A stretch of 47,098 bases of DNA, the filler included, from Candidatus Woesearchaeota archaeon (GTDB lineage Archaea; Nanobdellota; Nanobdellia; Woesearchaeales; DATGWN01): assembly GCA_047603125.1 (NCBI GenBank). It is 2 parts of 2 records of this genome, joined end to end, with 100 filler letters (N's around TTAATTAATTAA, not from the genome) between each part and the next. Parts side by side here need not be neighbours in the genome. Positions count along the whole stretch, not along the records: positions 1 to 23,749 come from JBLKOU010000016.1; 1 more part is not named here. One strand, written 5' to 3'. The position numbers and the translations under genes were made by a program. Below, in pieces: positions 1-9,479 of the stretch; the first letter of the stretch is position 1, and each line of letters opens with the position of its first letter. The notes below the pieces were generated by a model. The model made no database searches. It saw nothing but the letters and a program-made list of their open reading frames with translations, and had not been told where the DNA came from.

Positions 1-124
1 ATCTGTGTAAGGAATTCAAAATTGCGGCTCAATTCTACAAAGTGGAAAAGATCAATTAATAATTATCCGACACAGCAGAAACAAGTGAGAACATTTAAAT
101 ACTACGACTATTGAGCCTCTCAAG

Positions 125-619
125 ATGGAGCTACAAGAACAATTATTCAAAGCGTTTGAAAAAGAAAAAAACCGTCTAGGTTTTACACCAACATTCGAAC
201 AACTTGATGAAATTTTCTTTCTCAAAGATCATGTTTTACAAGAAAAATATGTCAGCGAGCAATATTCTCGAATGCTTTGTAGCAGAATTACACAAACATA
301 TTCATCATGGGTCTCATATTTACATAGTTTTATTATGCCAAACCCGCATAGCTTTATTGATACAAATCAAGTTCAAGCAATACAAGAAAAAGATCGCCAT
401 AATATTCAAATTTATATAGGAAAACTCATGCAGGTTATTCATACAAACACATACATAGGAATCAAAAAAGATGCACAACTAGAAAAACAATTCATTGATG
501 AATCATACACACTCTGGTTTGAATTCAAAGATCATATTCTTCCCATATTAGAAAAAGTTGGTGAGTACTGGAAACAGCCACCGATTGTTGAGCCGGATGA
601 TAAGCCCGTGTATCATTAG
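125..619 (+). CDS. hypothetical protein (164 aa)
   Basis: Clean ORF with a TATA-like TTTAAATA about 25-30 nt upstream; no family motif recognised. Confidence 0.8.
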   Translation: MELQEQLFKAFEKEKNRLGFTPTFEQLDEIFFLKDHVLQEKYVSEQYSRMLCSRITQTYSSWVSYLHSFIMPNPHSFIDTNQVQAIQEKDRHNIQIYIGKLMQVIHTNTYIGIKKDAQLEKQFIDESYTLWFEFKDHILPILEKVGEYWKQPPIVEPDDKPVYH

Positions 620-624
620 GGACA

Positions 625-1188
625 TTACCAGCGTTGAATTTGTAAAATATTTGTTTCTTGTGCTCGTAAATATAAAGCATTTGTTAATTCCAAATCTTTT
701 TGTAAATAAGAGCGAATAATATCTTTTTTTCCTTCTTTATGCCACTGTGCAACCATGGAACCGTCTTCAGTTACGTCAAACCCAATAAGTTGTGCAAATT
801 CTTTTAGCTTACCCCTTGTTGGGCCATAGCGAAATGCATGAATTTTTTCTCGTAAATCGATGGTATGTTTTAAGATAAATGGCGTAATTTGTACTCCAAG
901 AATAAAACTTCGTGCTGTGAGAAATGGCAGGTCAAATTGTGCACTATTAAACCCGACGGGATGCGCCCCTACTCGAACACACTCATCCCATTTGCTCCAA
1001 AATTGTCTGAGGAGTTGTTTCTCATCATCATCATCAAAAATAAAGGTTTCTTCGTTAAAATAAATTCCCACTGCAACGATTTTTGAATCTATTGGATTTA
1101 AGAGTTCTCGCTGTTCTTGCTCGTCTAATGAATGATAGGTTTGTATTTGCACCGGTGCTGTTTCTATGTCAAAGATAAAATGTGCCAT
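625..1188 (-). CDS. stand-alone DEDD 3'-5' exonuclease (PolB-exo/RNase H-like)
   Basis: ExoI FDIET, ExoII GFNSAQFDLPFL, ExoIII YLQKDL motifs. Confidence 0.85.
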   Translation of the reverse strand: MAHFIFDIETAPVQIQTYHSLDEQEQRELLNPIDSKIVAVGIYFNEETFIFDDDDEKQLLRQFWSKWDECVRVGAHPVGFNSAQFDLPFLTARSFILGVQITPFILKHTIDLREKIHAFRYGPTRGKLKEFAQLIGFDVTEDGSMVAQWHKEGKKDIIRSYLQKDLELTNALYLRAQETNILQIQRW

Positions 1189-1396
1189 GCATTCTTAAAG
1201 ACAGAATAGGCTTAAAAATATTTGTGTTTTGAGATTGGAAAAATGGCAAATCTGAGTGAAAATATAAGGGAATTTACACCACTTGGCATCCATAGAGCAT
1301 ATTATGATCAGAGTTAGGTAATCTTTGTTTACCCTTTATTTTCAAATACAGTTTTCACGGGAAATCTTTAAAAAGACCGTTTTCTAAAGTTTATGT

Positions 1397-2563
1397 ATGA
1401 CTGATGTACAGGCATACCAGAAAGCAAAACAACTCTTGTATGATTGCTCAACAGCACATGGTTTTATTGCCGCAAAAAAACAAAAAAAAGGAAATTATAA
1501 TCGTATCTGGGCAAGGGATTCGATGATTTGCAGTCTGAGTGCATTTATGAGCGATGATAAGAAACTCATTCATACAGCCAAACAATCTCTACTCACACTT
1601 TTGTGCCATCAACATGAACAAGGTGAAATTCCAAGTAATGTTGATCCAAAAAAAAAGAAAATTAGTTTTGGCGGGACATCCGGGCGTGTTGATGCACAAT
1701 TATGGTTTTTAATTGGCTTTGGGCAATATGTCAAAAAAACACAGGATGTCGCTTTTGCAAAAAAGTATTTTGAGCAATTTAAAAAAACCATCCAACTCGT
1801 TCGTATTTATGAATTCAATCATAAAAGTCTTATTTATGTTCCTCAATCAGGTGATTGGGCTGATGAATATATTCAAGAAGGTTATGTGCTCTATGATCAA
1901 TTACTTTACTATCAAGCATTTACTGAGTATGCGTATCTGCAAAAACTTCTTGGTATTTCAAATACTGAAACAAATCAAAAAAGCAAGCGTATTAAAGAAA
2001 CCATCCAAATTAATTATTGGCCTGTTAAAAAAAACGTGCCAAAATCGTTTCACAGAAATTTATACGAACAATATATTGATAAAAAAAAGCCATATTTGTT
2101 AGCGTTCTTTCATCCAGGGGAATATGGGCTGCATTTTGACTTGTTTGCAAATAGTTTAGCTTTGCTTCTTAATATTACGACACCACATCAGAAAAAACAA
2201 ATCACAGCATTTGTCAAAAAGTCATTTGACCTTCCACCATGCTTTTCTCCTACAATTACCAAGCGAAACTCACTGTATAAAAAACTCGAGCTTAATTTTG
2301 GACATTCTTTTCGAAACTATCCACACCACTACCATAATGGAGGAATTTGGCCAATGATTCTGGGGTTTTACATAAGCGCACAACCTGATGAGGCATTATT
2401 TGAAAAACTCACCACGCTTGTGTCTGAACCAAACTGGGAATTTAATGAAGTCTATCATGGAAAAACGCATGAACCCCATGGAACTCCTCTGCAAGCATGG
2501 AGCGGAGCCGGTGTGATTTTTGCATATCAATCGCTCAAAAATAAACGAAAGGTATTTTTATGA
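1397..2563 (+). CDS. glycoside hydrolase family 100-like (alkaline/neutral invertase-like)
   Basis: NYNRIWARDS, GRVDAQLWF, GDWAD, YHNGGIWP, EFNE and QAWS motifs of (alpha/alpha)6 GH100-like enzymes. Confidence 0.85.
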   Translation: MTDVQAYQKAKQLLYDCSTAHGFIAAKKQKKGNYNRIWARDSMICSLSAFMSDDKKLIHTAKQSLLTLLCHQHEQGEIPSNVDPKKKKISFGGTSGRVDAQLWFLIGFGQYVKKTQDVAFAKKYFEQFKKTIQLVRIYEFNHKSLIYVPQSGDWADEYIQEGYVLYDQLLYYQAFTEYAYLQKLLGISNTETNQKSKRIKETIQINYWPVKKNVPKSFHRNLYEQYIDKKKPYLLAFFHPGEYGLHFDLFANSLALLLNITTPHQKKQITAFVKKSFDLPPCFSPTITKRNSLYKKLELNFGHSFRNYPHHYHNGGIWPMILGFYISAQPDEALFEKLTTLVSEPNWEFNEVYHGKTHEPHGTPLQAWSGAGVIFAYQSLKNKRKVFL

Positions 2564-3357
2564 AAATAATTGCAACCGATTTAGATAGAACCTTACTTCC
2601 AAATGGTTCACAAAAAAAAGATGCACATATTTACAAAAAGCTTCGCACCTTTTTAAAAAAACATGACATTGGCGTTATTTATGTGACGGGAAGAAGAAAA
2701 GAACAAATTCCTTCAGTTATACAGCGATACAATCTTCCCAGACCCTTATATTGTATTACAAATGTTGGTACACAAGTATATGCCTATTCTCGAGGAAAGT
2801 TTATTCTCGTTGATGAGTGGGAAAAGCAATTGCATAAACAATGGAAGCCAGGTGTGGCCGAAATGGTTGAACAAAAACTGACAGATTGCACACTTTTACG
2901 ACCACAAAGTCCCGTCACACAAAATCAATTTAAAAGAAGTTATCTTGCAGATCCAAACATTGCAAAATCAAGAATAGAAAAAACTGTTGCAAAGCGACTA
3001 CAAACTATTTCGTATCAGCTCACATATAGCATTGATGCAAATCGAAATATTGCACAAATTGATATTATGCCACCAAAGGCAAATAAAAAAAACGCACTGC
3101 AATTTTTATTAAAACATCTTCACCCAACAGATGTATTAACAGCTGGCGATTCAGGAAATGATTTATCCATGCTCACCCATACTTGGAAAAGCGTCCTTGT
3201 CAAAAATGCAAAAGGGCAAGTAAAAATGGCATACAAAGAACACGAAAAACCCACACGTCGATATATAGCTACAGGAGTATATGAAAAAAACTCCGGAAAC
3301 TATGCATCCGGTATTATAGAAGCACTCCTGCACTATGATTGGATTAAGAGATTCTAG
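2560..3357 (+). CDS. HAD-IIB hydrolase, sucrose-phosphate phosphatase-like
   Basis: ATDLDRTLLPNG, VTGR, DIMP..ANK, AGDSGND and NYASGIIEAL.HY motifs; ATGA overlap with the GH100 gene. Confidence 0.85.
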   Translation: MKIIATDLDRTLLPNGSQKKDAHIYKKLRTFLKKHDIGVIYVTGRRKEQIPSVIQRYNLPRPLYCITNVGTQVYAYSRGKFILVDEWEKQLHKQWKPGVAEMVEQKLTDCTLLRPQSPVTQNQFKRSYLADPNIAKSRIEKTVAKRLQTISYQLTYSIDANRNIAQIDIMPPKANKKNALQFLLKHLHPTDVLTAGDSGNDLSMLTHTWKSVLVKNAKGQVKMAYKEHEKPTRRYIATGVYEKNSGNYASGIIEALLHYDWIKRF

Positions 3358-3403
3358 AAGGTTCTTTCACCATGTTTTTAAACGAGGGCATTTTTCTTCA
3401 CAT

Positions 3404-4282
3404 ATGGCAATAAAAGGATTCCATCACATAACAATAAACTGCTCAGATGCACACACGATCGTTGATTTTTACAGGGATGTTCTCGGATTTTTTCTTGTCA
3501 AACAAACCGTTAATTTTGACGACCCATTTACATATCATATCTACTTGGCTGACAAAAATGGAACACCAGGGACACTGCTGACTTTCTTTCCTTTTGCAGG
3601 GTTACCAAAAGCACACCACGCAAACAATGAAATTCGACTTCTTGGTTTTGCTAGTTCCAAAGAGGGAAAAGACTACTGGAAAAAAAAGCTCGAAAAACAT
3701 GCAATACAATATGAACATAAAACTCTTTTTGGCATTGAAACACTTGTCTTTTGCGACCCTGATGGTCTTGAACTTGCTATTTTTTTCACGGATTCCACAT
3801 TGCCAGCATGCACAAATGATACCTATCCCTTGCAAGGGCTTTATAGTATACAACTCCATGTGCATACCAATCAGTTTTTAGAGCCGCTCCTACAAGCGTT
3901 TTCATACAAAAAAACACAAGAAAATACTGGTCTTACTCGATACGAACATGATGGCTCTTTTGTTGATGTGTATGTCTCAAAAGAACATCCACATCAAGGA
4001 GGGTTTGGAAGTGTGCACCATCTTGCATTCCATGTTACAAACGAACAACACAAAAACATGCAAGAGATGGTTGCAAAACTCGGATATCAGGTAACGCCCG
4101 TTATTGACCGGCAATATTTTTATTCAGTGTATTTTCGCACATTTGAAGGGCTGTTATTTGAAATTGCAACAACAAAGCCTGGTATGTATGTTGATGAGAG
4201 TGTTCTTGGGAGTAAACTCTGTATTCCTAAGCAACACAAACTTCTAGAAAAACAAATTCGTGAGAGGTTACCACCATTATGA
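3404..4282 (+). CDS. VOC/glyoxalase-family ring-cleaving dioxygenase (MhqO/MhqA-like)
   Basis: GFHHIT, LVKQTVNFDDP.TYH, GSVHHLAF, DRQYFYSVYFR and LFEIAT motifs; start placed at ATG 3404, downstream of a TATA-like TTTTTAAA. Confidence 0.9.
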   Translation: MAIKGFHHITINCSDAHTIVDFYRDVLGFFLVKQTVNFDDPFTYHIYLADKNGTPGTLLTFFPFAGLPKAHHANNEIRLLGFASSKEGKDYWKKKLEKHAIQYEHKTLFGIETLVFCDPDGLELAIFFTDSTLPACTNDTYPLQGLYSIQLHVHTNQFLEPLLQAFSYKKTQENTGLTRYEHDGSFVDVYVSKEHPHQGGFGSVHHLAFHVTNEQHKNMQEMVAKLGYQVTPVIDRQYFYSVYFRTFEGLLFEIATTKPGMYVDESVLGSKLCIPKQHKLLEKQIRERLPPL

Positions 4283-4851
4283 ACTATTATCAATTCCAAG
4301 GATCAAAAACACTACTCGTACTCTTTCATGGAACGGGTGGTGATGAACATGATCTCGTCCCTCTTGCAAAACAAATTGACCCACAAGCAAGCATCCTTTC
4401 TCTTCGAGGAGAAGTGAGTGAAAACGGGATGAACCGATTCTTTAAAAGAACAAGTTTTGGCGTTTTTGATTTAGAAAATGTCAAAGAAGAGGCAAAGAAA
4501 ATTCACACATTCTTACAAGAAAAAACAAAAGAATACGAGCGCATTATTTACATCGGTTACTCAAATGGTGCCAATATGATTGGAGCAATGATGCAGTTAT
4601 TTGGCAATACGATACCGTATGCAATACTCTTACACCCCATGCAAGTTCTTCCTGATTCTAAACCAATTCAGTCAAGTGTGTGTATTACATATGGCACACA
4701 GGATACAATGATTACACCCGAACAAACAAAAAAATTTATTGAGTTTTTAGAGCAACAAGGAGCAGCTGTCACAACTCTGTCATTTGCACATGGTCATCAA
4801 ATCAGCGTGCAAGAGATTGATTCTGTAAAACGATGGTATGAATCGCTCTAA
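4279..4851 (+). CDS. alpha/beta hydrolase (MhqD-like carboxylesterase)
   Basis: HGTGGDE, GYSNGAN nucleophile elbow, D and GH triad residues; ATGA overlap with the dioxygenase. Confidence 0.9.
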   Translation: MNYYQFQGSKTLLVLFHGTGGDEHDLVPLAKQIDPQASILSLRGEVSENGMNRFFKRTSFGVFDLENVKEEAKKIHTFLQEKTKEYERIIYIGYSNGANMIGAMMQLFGNTIPYAILLHPMQVLPDSKPIQSSVCITYGTQDTMITPEQTKKFIEFLEQQGAAVTTLSFAHGHQISVQEIDSVKRWYESL

Positions 4852-4853
4852 CC

Positions 4854-5747
4854 TTATTGCTTTTTTTGATAATATTCGCGAATGACATGTTCTAGCGGTA
4901 TTTCATGAACAGAAAACTCATCAGTTTGTAATTTTGCAATAACTGATTTGAGTTTTTTCTTCTCGACAGTCTTTTCAATCAATTTACCTCTACTCACATA
5001 GGTTACCCGTACATGTTCCGGCTTCATTGTTTTAATGTCTCCATCATAAACAATTGTCCCATGTGTAATGACAATAATTCGTTTACATAAATTTTCAATC
5101 TCATGTAAATCATGACTTGTCAAAACGACTGTTATCTGCTCTTTTTGGTTTAATTCTTTGAGCAATTGAATAAAGGAGAGCTTTGCAAGTATGTCCATTC
5201 CTATTGTTGGCTCATCTAAAAACAAAATCTTGGGTCTATGTAGTAAGCTTGCAATTAACTCACTTTTCATTTGCTGACCTAAGGAGAGTTTTCGAAACGG
5301 CTGATATAAAAAGTCAACTTCTCCAAGTACTCTTGTTAACTCAGCAATTCTTTTTTGCACTTGTGTTTTTTTGAGTTTGTAAAAAGAGCCAATTAATTCT
5401 AAATTATCCAGCACTGATAATTCAGGCCAAAGACTCTTCTTTTGACCAAAAACTGCACCGATATGATGCAAATATTCTTTTCTTTGGGCAAAGGGGTTGA
5501 AATTATTAATGCTAATTTCACCAGTGTCAGCATGTAAAACTCCACAGAGCATTTTAATTGTTGTTGTTTTTCCCGCACCATTTGGACCAATAAATCCGAC
5601 CATTTCACCTTTTTGAATTGAAAAAGAAACGGAATTCACCGCAAGTATATGGCGATAATTAGGCCTAAACACATTTTGAAAAAAGGTCCCTTGCTGTTTT
5701 ACTTTGTATGTTTTTGCAATATTTTGTACTTCTATGATGGGTTTCAT
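4854..5747 (-). CDS. ABC transporter ATP-binding protein
   Basis: Walker A GPNGAGKTT, signature LSLGQ, Walker B LFLDEPT, H-loop; likely start MKPIIEV at 5747. Confidence 0.95.
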   Translation of the reverse strand: MKPIIEVQNIAKTYKVKQQGTFFQNVFRPNYRHILAVNSVSFSIQKGEMVGFIGPNGAGKTTTIKMLCGVLHADTGEISINNFNPFAQRKEYLHHIGAVFGQKKSLWPELSVLDNLELIGSFYKLKKTQVQKRIAELTRVLGEVDFLYQPFRKLSLGQQMKSELIASLLHRPKILFLDEPTIGMDILAKLSFIQLLKELNQKEQITVVLTSHDLHEIENLCKRIIVITHGTIVYDGDIKTMKPEHVRVTYVSRGKLIEKTVEKKKLKSVIAKLQTDEFSVHEIPLEHVIREYYQKKQ

Positions 5748-5748
5748 G

Positions 5749-6480
5749 TTAATATCCTGCACTCCTATATCTTTTTAATCCTTTTTTAAATAAAATAGTT
5801 GCGATAATGACAATACCTACGAGGTATCCAAAATATAATAGACCCACTAGGGGAAACTTCATACTGAGCACCGGTCCAAAAGTGACTAGGGCTCCTGGAA
5901 ACACAACAAATGAAAAAAATTTTGTTATAGCATTTGTCATATATGTTGGATAAAATAAAAATGTTACAAGTAGATCCCAAAAATGAACATCCGAATTCAT
6001 ATCAATGTAAAAAGGAAGTGTGTTATAAGCGACAATCGTGTAATGAAGTATTACTGCACTACACAGAGAAAAGAAAAATAAGAGCGGCCATTGAGTGACA
6101 GGTACAAGCACGAGAAAGATAATAGCAGTAAGTATTTCAGCTAATGCAAACGGATTTATTTTATGAAACAATATATGTGTGTATGCACTAATTGGACGAA
6201 GTAACAATTTATCAAAATCCCCACTAATGATGGTTTGCTGCATTTTTGTCAAACCCGAAAAAAAGTTTAATGCCAAAATATATGCAATATTACCAACTGC
6301 AAAGGAAAATATAAACTCTTCAAAGGTTAAAAGTCCAAACCCTTCTGTTTGATACGCCAAATATAAAATTGCACCCATGAACAAAAAATTTGTTATAAGC
6401 ATCGTTAGATTTGAAATAATAAAATCTAAGCGAAAGTTCACCATTGCTTTTATATTCATTTTCAAATATGTTCCTATCAT
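5749..6480 (-). CDS. ABC-2 family permease
   Basis: About six hydrophobic segments, GDFDKLLLRP motif, C-terminal GLKRYRSAG. Confidence 0.9.
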   Translation of the reverse strand: MIGTYLKMNIKAMVNFRLDFIISNLTMLITNFLFMGAILYLAYQTEGFGLLTFEEFIFSFAVGNIAYILALNFFSGLTKMQQTIISGDFDKLLLRPISAYTHILFHKINPFALAEILTAIIFLVLVPVTQWPLLFFFSLCSAVILHYTIVAYNTLPFYIDMNSDVHFWDLLVTFLFYPTYMTNAITKFFSFVVFPGALVTFGPVLSMKFPLVGLLYFGYLVGIVIIATILFKKGLKRYRSAGY

Positions 6481-7238
6481 CCGTTCACCTGTATATGTCT
6501 GATTATTTTTCTATAAAGAAGGATATTTATTACTATAAGTAAAAAGATGTACACAAGCCAGAGAGGTAACATAAGCATCTCACCACTGATAATAAAATGA
6601 AGGGGATGATAAAATAAAAACGACGTTGGCAAGTACACAATGAATTCGGGGAGCATACTTAAAGGGATAAAACCACCACCACCAAAAAAGGCAAGCATCG
6701 TGGTTAATGTAAACAATCTCTCCGACTTTTCAACAACAAGTGATAATTGGCAAAAAATTGCAATAATTAAATAAATAAAAAGGAGTGCAAGCGTAAGCCC
6801 CAGTATTGCCCGAAATAACACAAGGGGAGTGAGGACAAAAGAAAAAATTACTGTTATAATTGCTACATACATGAGCAAGGAAATAAAGGCTCGAAATATG
6901 AGTGAGGAAAAATTTTGTATGAGTGTAAATATGATTATATTATACGGCCGAATAAGCTGAACGATTATATTTCCTTTAATAACCTGCTCATCAAAAGTTC
7001 TCACAACTTGGTTTCTTGTGAAAAATAATAAAAAGCCAACTCCAAATATATAATATTGAAGCATTTGTGATTGTGTGTACGTTCCTATTGTTGCATTTGT
7101 ATACAAACCAATAAAGATGGTAATAATCCCTTGCACAAAATATTGAATATTTGTCAAGAACAATTCCCAGATGTAAAATGTCTGTGAGCGAATGGATTTA
7201 TGTAATACTGGAAAAAAGTACATCTCTGTATTAGACAA
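6477..7238 (-). CDS. ABC-2 family permease
   Basis: About six hydrophobic segments, GNI..QLIRP, GGFIPL, C-terminal QVNG; start may be ATG 7223. Confidence 0.85.
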   Translation of the reverse strand: MSNTEMYFFPVLHKSIRSQTFYIWELFLTNIQYFVQGIITIFIGLYTNATIGTYTQSQMLQYYIFGVGFLLFFTRNQVVRTFDEQVIKGNIIVQLIRPYNIIIFTLIQNFSSLIFRAFISLLMYVAIITVIFSFVLTPLVLFRAILGLTLALLFIYLIIAIFCQLSLVVEKSERLFTLTTMLAFFGGGGFIPLSMLPEFIVYLPTSFLFYHPLHFIISGEMLMLPLWLVYIFLLIVINILLYRKIIRHIQVNG

Positions 7239-7369
7239 GCATACTATATAAAGATTTTGGCGAAATGAGTGTTGTATCTATAGCCCGCATCTTCTGAGAA
7301 AATCTCTATTAAACCCACTTTATTTAAAAAGTAACATTTATATACTTGCTTTACCCATATATATATACC

Positions 7370-7747
7370 ATGAGTTTAGGTGAAAAAGCAAATAAATGGG
7401 GTCGAGTTGCGAGAAAATATGAACGCGGCCTAGAATACAAAGAACCAAAGATACAAGCACAGCTTGAAACACAAGCAGAAGAAGAGATAGGAATGGCAAT
7501 GACACGAAGACCATCATATCGAGTTCTCGCGCCAAGGGATCAACCAAAAGGAGTTATTGTATTTCGAACCGATGAACCATTGCTTGATGCACGGCTACTT
7601 GCAGGAACGCCAACAGGGCTTGAACGAAGAGTACGATCTAATTCTGGACCAGACTTAGTTCATGATGAAGTTACTCAAATGTTTTCAACATACGAACAAG
7701 GTCCATATGAGTCTCCTCATCACACACCATTTATGAGACCGTATTAA
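7370..7747 (+). CDS. hypothetical protein
   Basis: ORF with ATG 7370 after TATA-like TTTATATA; stop overlaps the next start (TAATG). Confidence 0.65.
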   Translation: MSLGEKANKWGRVARKYERGLEYKEPKIQAQLETQAEEEIGMAMTRRPSYRVLAPRDQPKGVIVFRTDEPLLDARLLAGTPTGLERRVRSNSGPDLVHDEVTQMFSTYEQGPYESPHHTPFMRPY

Positions 7748-8385
7748 TGACATATGAAACAATTTCACATGCTCGAGCAATTCGTCGATATGGAGTTGCA
7801 AATAGCAGGTGGAATTTGGTTCATATTAAACAATTTCATTTTTCTCAAGATTTACCACCGAGTCAATACCCTCTCGTCATAGATTGCCAGCGTGATATAG
7901 AATCCATACTTATCCAATTATATAAAAAAAATTCTTCCTTAGACATATTTCTTGAAGGGTTTGAAGAGGTATTAACACCAAAACAAGCAAATCAATTTAA
8001 ACAAAATGTCCAAGAACCACTATTATTTGGCGGTGCAATTACCTTTTGTGCAAAAAAAAGAATTTCACTTTATCCAACTGCATGCAAAGACCTTGAATCT
8101 TGTTCTGATACGCAAATACATCATCCTGACGAGTGTGAGCGTAGAAGAAAACTCTTTGCACTTGAATCAATTGCACGAAGGCAGCCCACAACAGATCCCA
8201 TCCTCATCTACGGTGGAATACATAGTTTTGGTGGTGTTCGAAGCTGCGGGTATGCATTTACTGATCCACTCTTGCAATCACACCATGATGCGTTATATGA
8301 ATGGAACGAGACGCATCCTGACCAGAAATTTTCTCTTGTAGAAATAACACCGCAACATTTTCTAGAACTACGCCAAGCTAGTTGA
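7747..8385 (+). CDS. hypothetical protein (212 aa)
   Basis: Translationally coupled ORF; HIKQFH, FLEG and YGGIH motifs. Confidence 0.7.
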   Translation: MTYETISHARAIRRYGVANSRWNLVHIKQFHFSQDLPPSQYPLVIDCQRDIESILIQLYKKNSSLDIFLEGFEEVLTPKQANQFKQNVQEPLLFGGAITFCAKKRISLYPTACKDLESCSDTQIHHPDECERRRKLFALESIARRQPTTDPILIYGGIHSFGGVRSCGYAFTDPLLQSHHDALYEWNETHPDQKFSLVEITPQHFLELRQAS

Positions 8386-9216
8386 AGTATTTTTCTTTCG
8401 TGCAAACCAGTATAGCTGAAGACCAAAGATAAAGCATGCGACTGCAAAAAGTAAAAATGGAATAATAAAGACTTCTTGAATTCCCACACTCATAAGCGTC
8501 AAATATGCAATCGGCGGTATTTGAACGGATTGGCCAATTGTTTGCAGCAAGAATGCAGACGTGTCTGCGTACGTAGATTGTAAGAAAAAATAGGTGAGGC
8601 TATAAACAAGGATTGTAATTGCGCCAAAGCTCACCGAACCTTTTGCGAAAATGCGCAAAAACTCAGATTTTGAAGCAATAAAATACAGACTCACGAGTAA
8701 AAGTATAATAAAAAAGATTTGCAGTATAATTGCCAGAAGGGATGGCGATGCTTGAGTGTCAAAAAAATCATCCAAAAGATCTTGCGCTTGATGCATAGTG
8801 ACATATTCAAAATACGCAACATAGGTTGTTTGATTTTCTTCTAATTGTGAGCAAAATGCGTTTATGTATTGAGCCTGTTCAACAACTTGATCAATTTGAG
8901 CACATTGTTCTAAGAATTGATCTAAATTTGCACAGCTCGGATTTGGATTTGTTGAGCATTGCGCCACTATTTGTTCTTGATTTTGGCATTGTTCAACAAC
9001 GGTGTCTATTGATTGTGCTTGCAAGCATTGCTCATCGATTTGCTGCTCAAATGCGCCCTGTGCTTGTGGCGATGCATAAAGATACATATTTTCTTTTAAC
9101 GTCAGTGTGAGCTGCTCAGGCTCAACGACAAAGCCTGTTGTAAAGATTAAGTGAAAAACCGTTGCTATAATGAGTAATTTACAGACCCAAATAGCGACTT
9201 TGTGAATAAATTTCAT
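8368..9216 (-). CDS. membrane protein with a Cys/Gln-rich extracellular loop
   Basis: N-terminal TM, EQC-rich loop with 6 Cys, then 3-4 TM segments; shares a TTTATAAA box (9243-9250) divergently with the tRNA. Confidence 0.75.
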   Translation of the reverse strand: MKFIHKVAIWVCKLLIIATVFHLIFTTGFVVEPEQLTLTLKENMYLYASPQAQGAFEQQIDEQCLQAQSIDTVVEQCQNQEQIVAQCSTNPNPSCANLDQFLEQCAQIDQVVEQAQYINAFCSQLEENQTTYVAYFEYVTMHQAQDLLDDFFDTQASPSLLAIILQIFFIILLLVSLYFIASKSEFLRIFAKGSVSFGAITILVYSLTYFFLQSTYADTSAFLLQTIGQSVQIPPIAYLTLMSVGIQEVFIIPFLLFAVACFIFGLQLYWFARKKNTSTSLA

Positions 9217-9274
9217 CGTCAAAGTTTTTTCAGAGGAGAAGATTTATAAATGCATGGTTTTTTGCACCACCTAC

Positions 9275-9349
9275 AGCGAGGTGGAGCAGTATGGAGTGCT
9301 CGTCGGGCTCATAACCCGGAGGTCGGTGGTTCAAATCCACTCCTCGCTA
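9275..9349 (+). tRNA. tRNA-Met(CAT), initiator
   Basis: Acceptor AGCGAGG/CCTCGCT with A1-U72, anticodon arm CGGG-CTCATAA-CCCG with three consecutive G-C pairs, T-loop GGTTCAAATCC; CCA not encoded. Confidence 0.97.
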
Positions 9350-9434
9350 TTTTATTCTGTCGTGAATTTGAACATTCTTCGACTATCGTCTCGAACTTTC
9401 TCGTTTTACTCGAAAGAATCCACTCCTCGCTATT
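9334..9434 (+). repeat. 18-bp direct repeat of the tRNA 3' end (att-like core)
   Basis: AATCCACTCCTCGCTATT at 9334-9351 and 9417-9434. Confidence 0.9.
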
Positions 9435-9479
9435 GAGTTTTCTGTAAAAAGCTTTGAGTTTTGGCTGGTTTCAAGGAAT

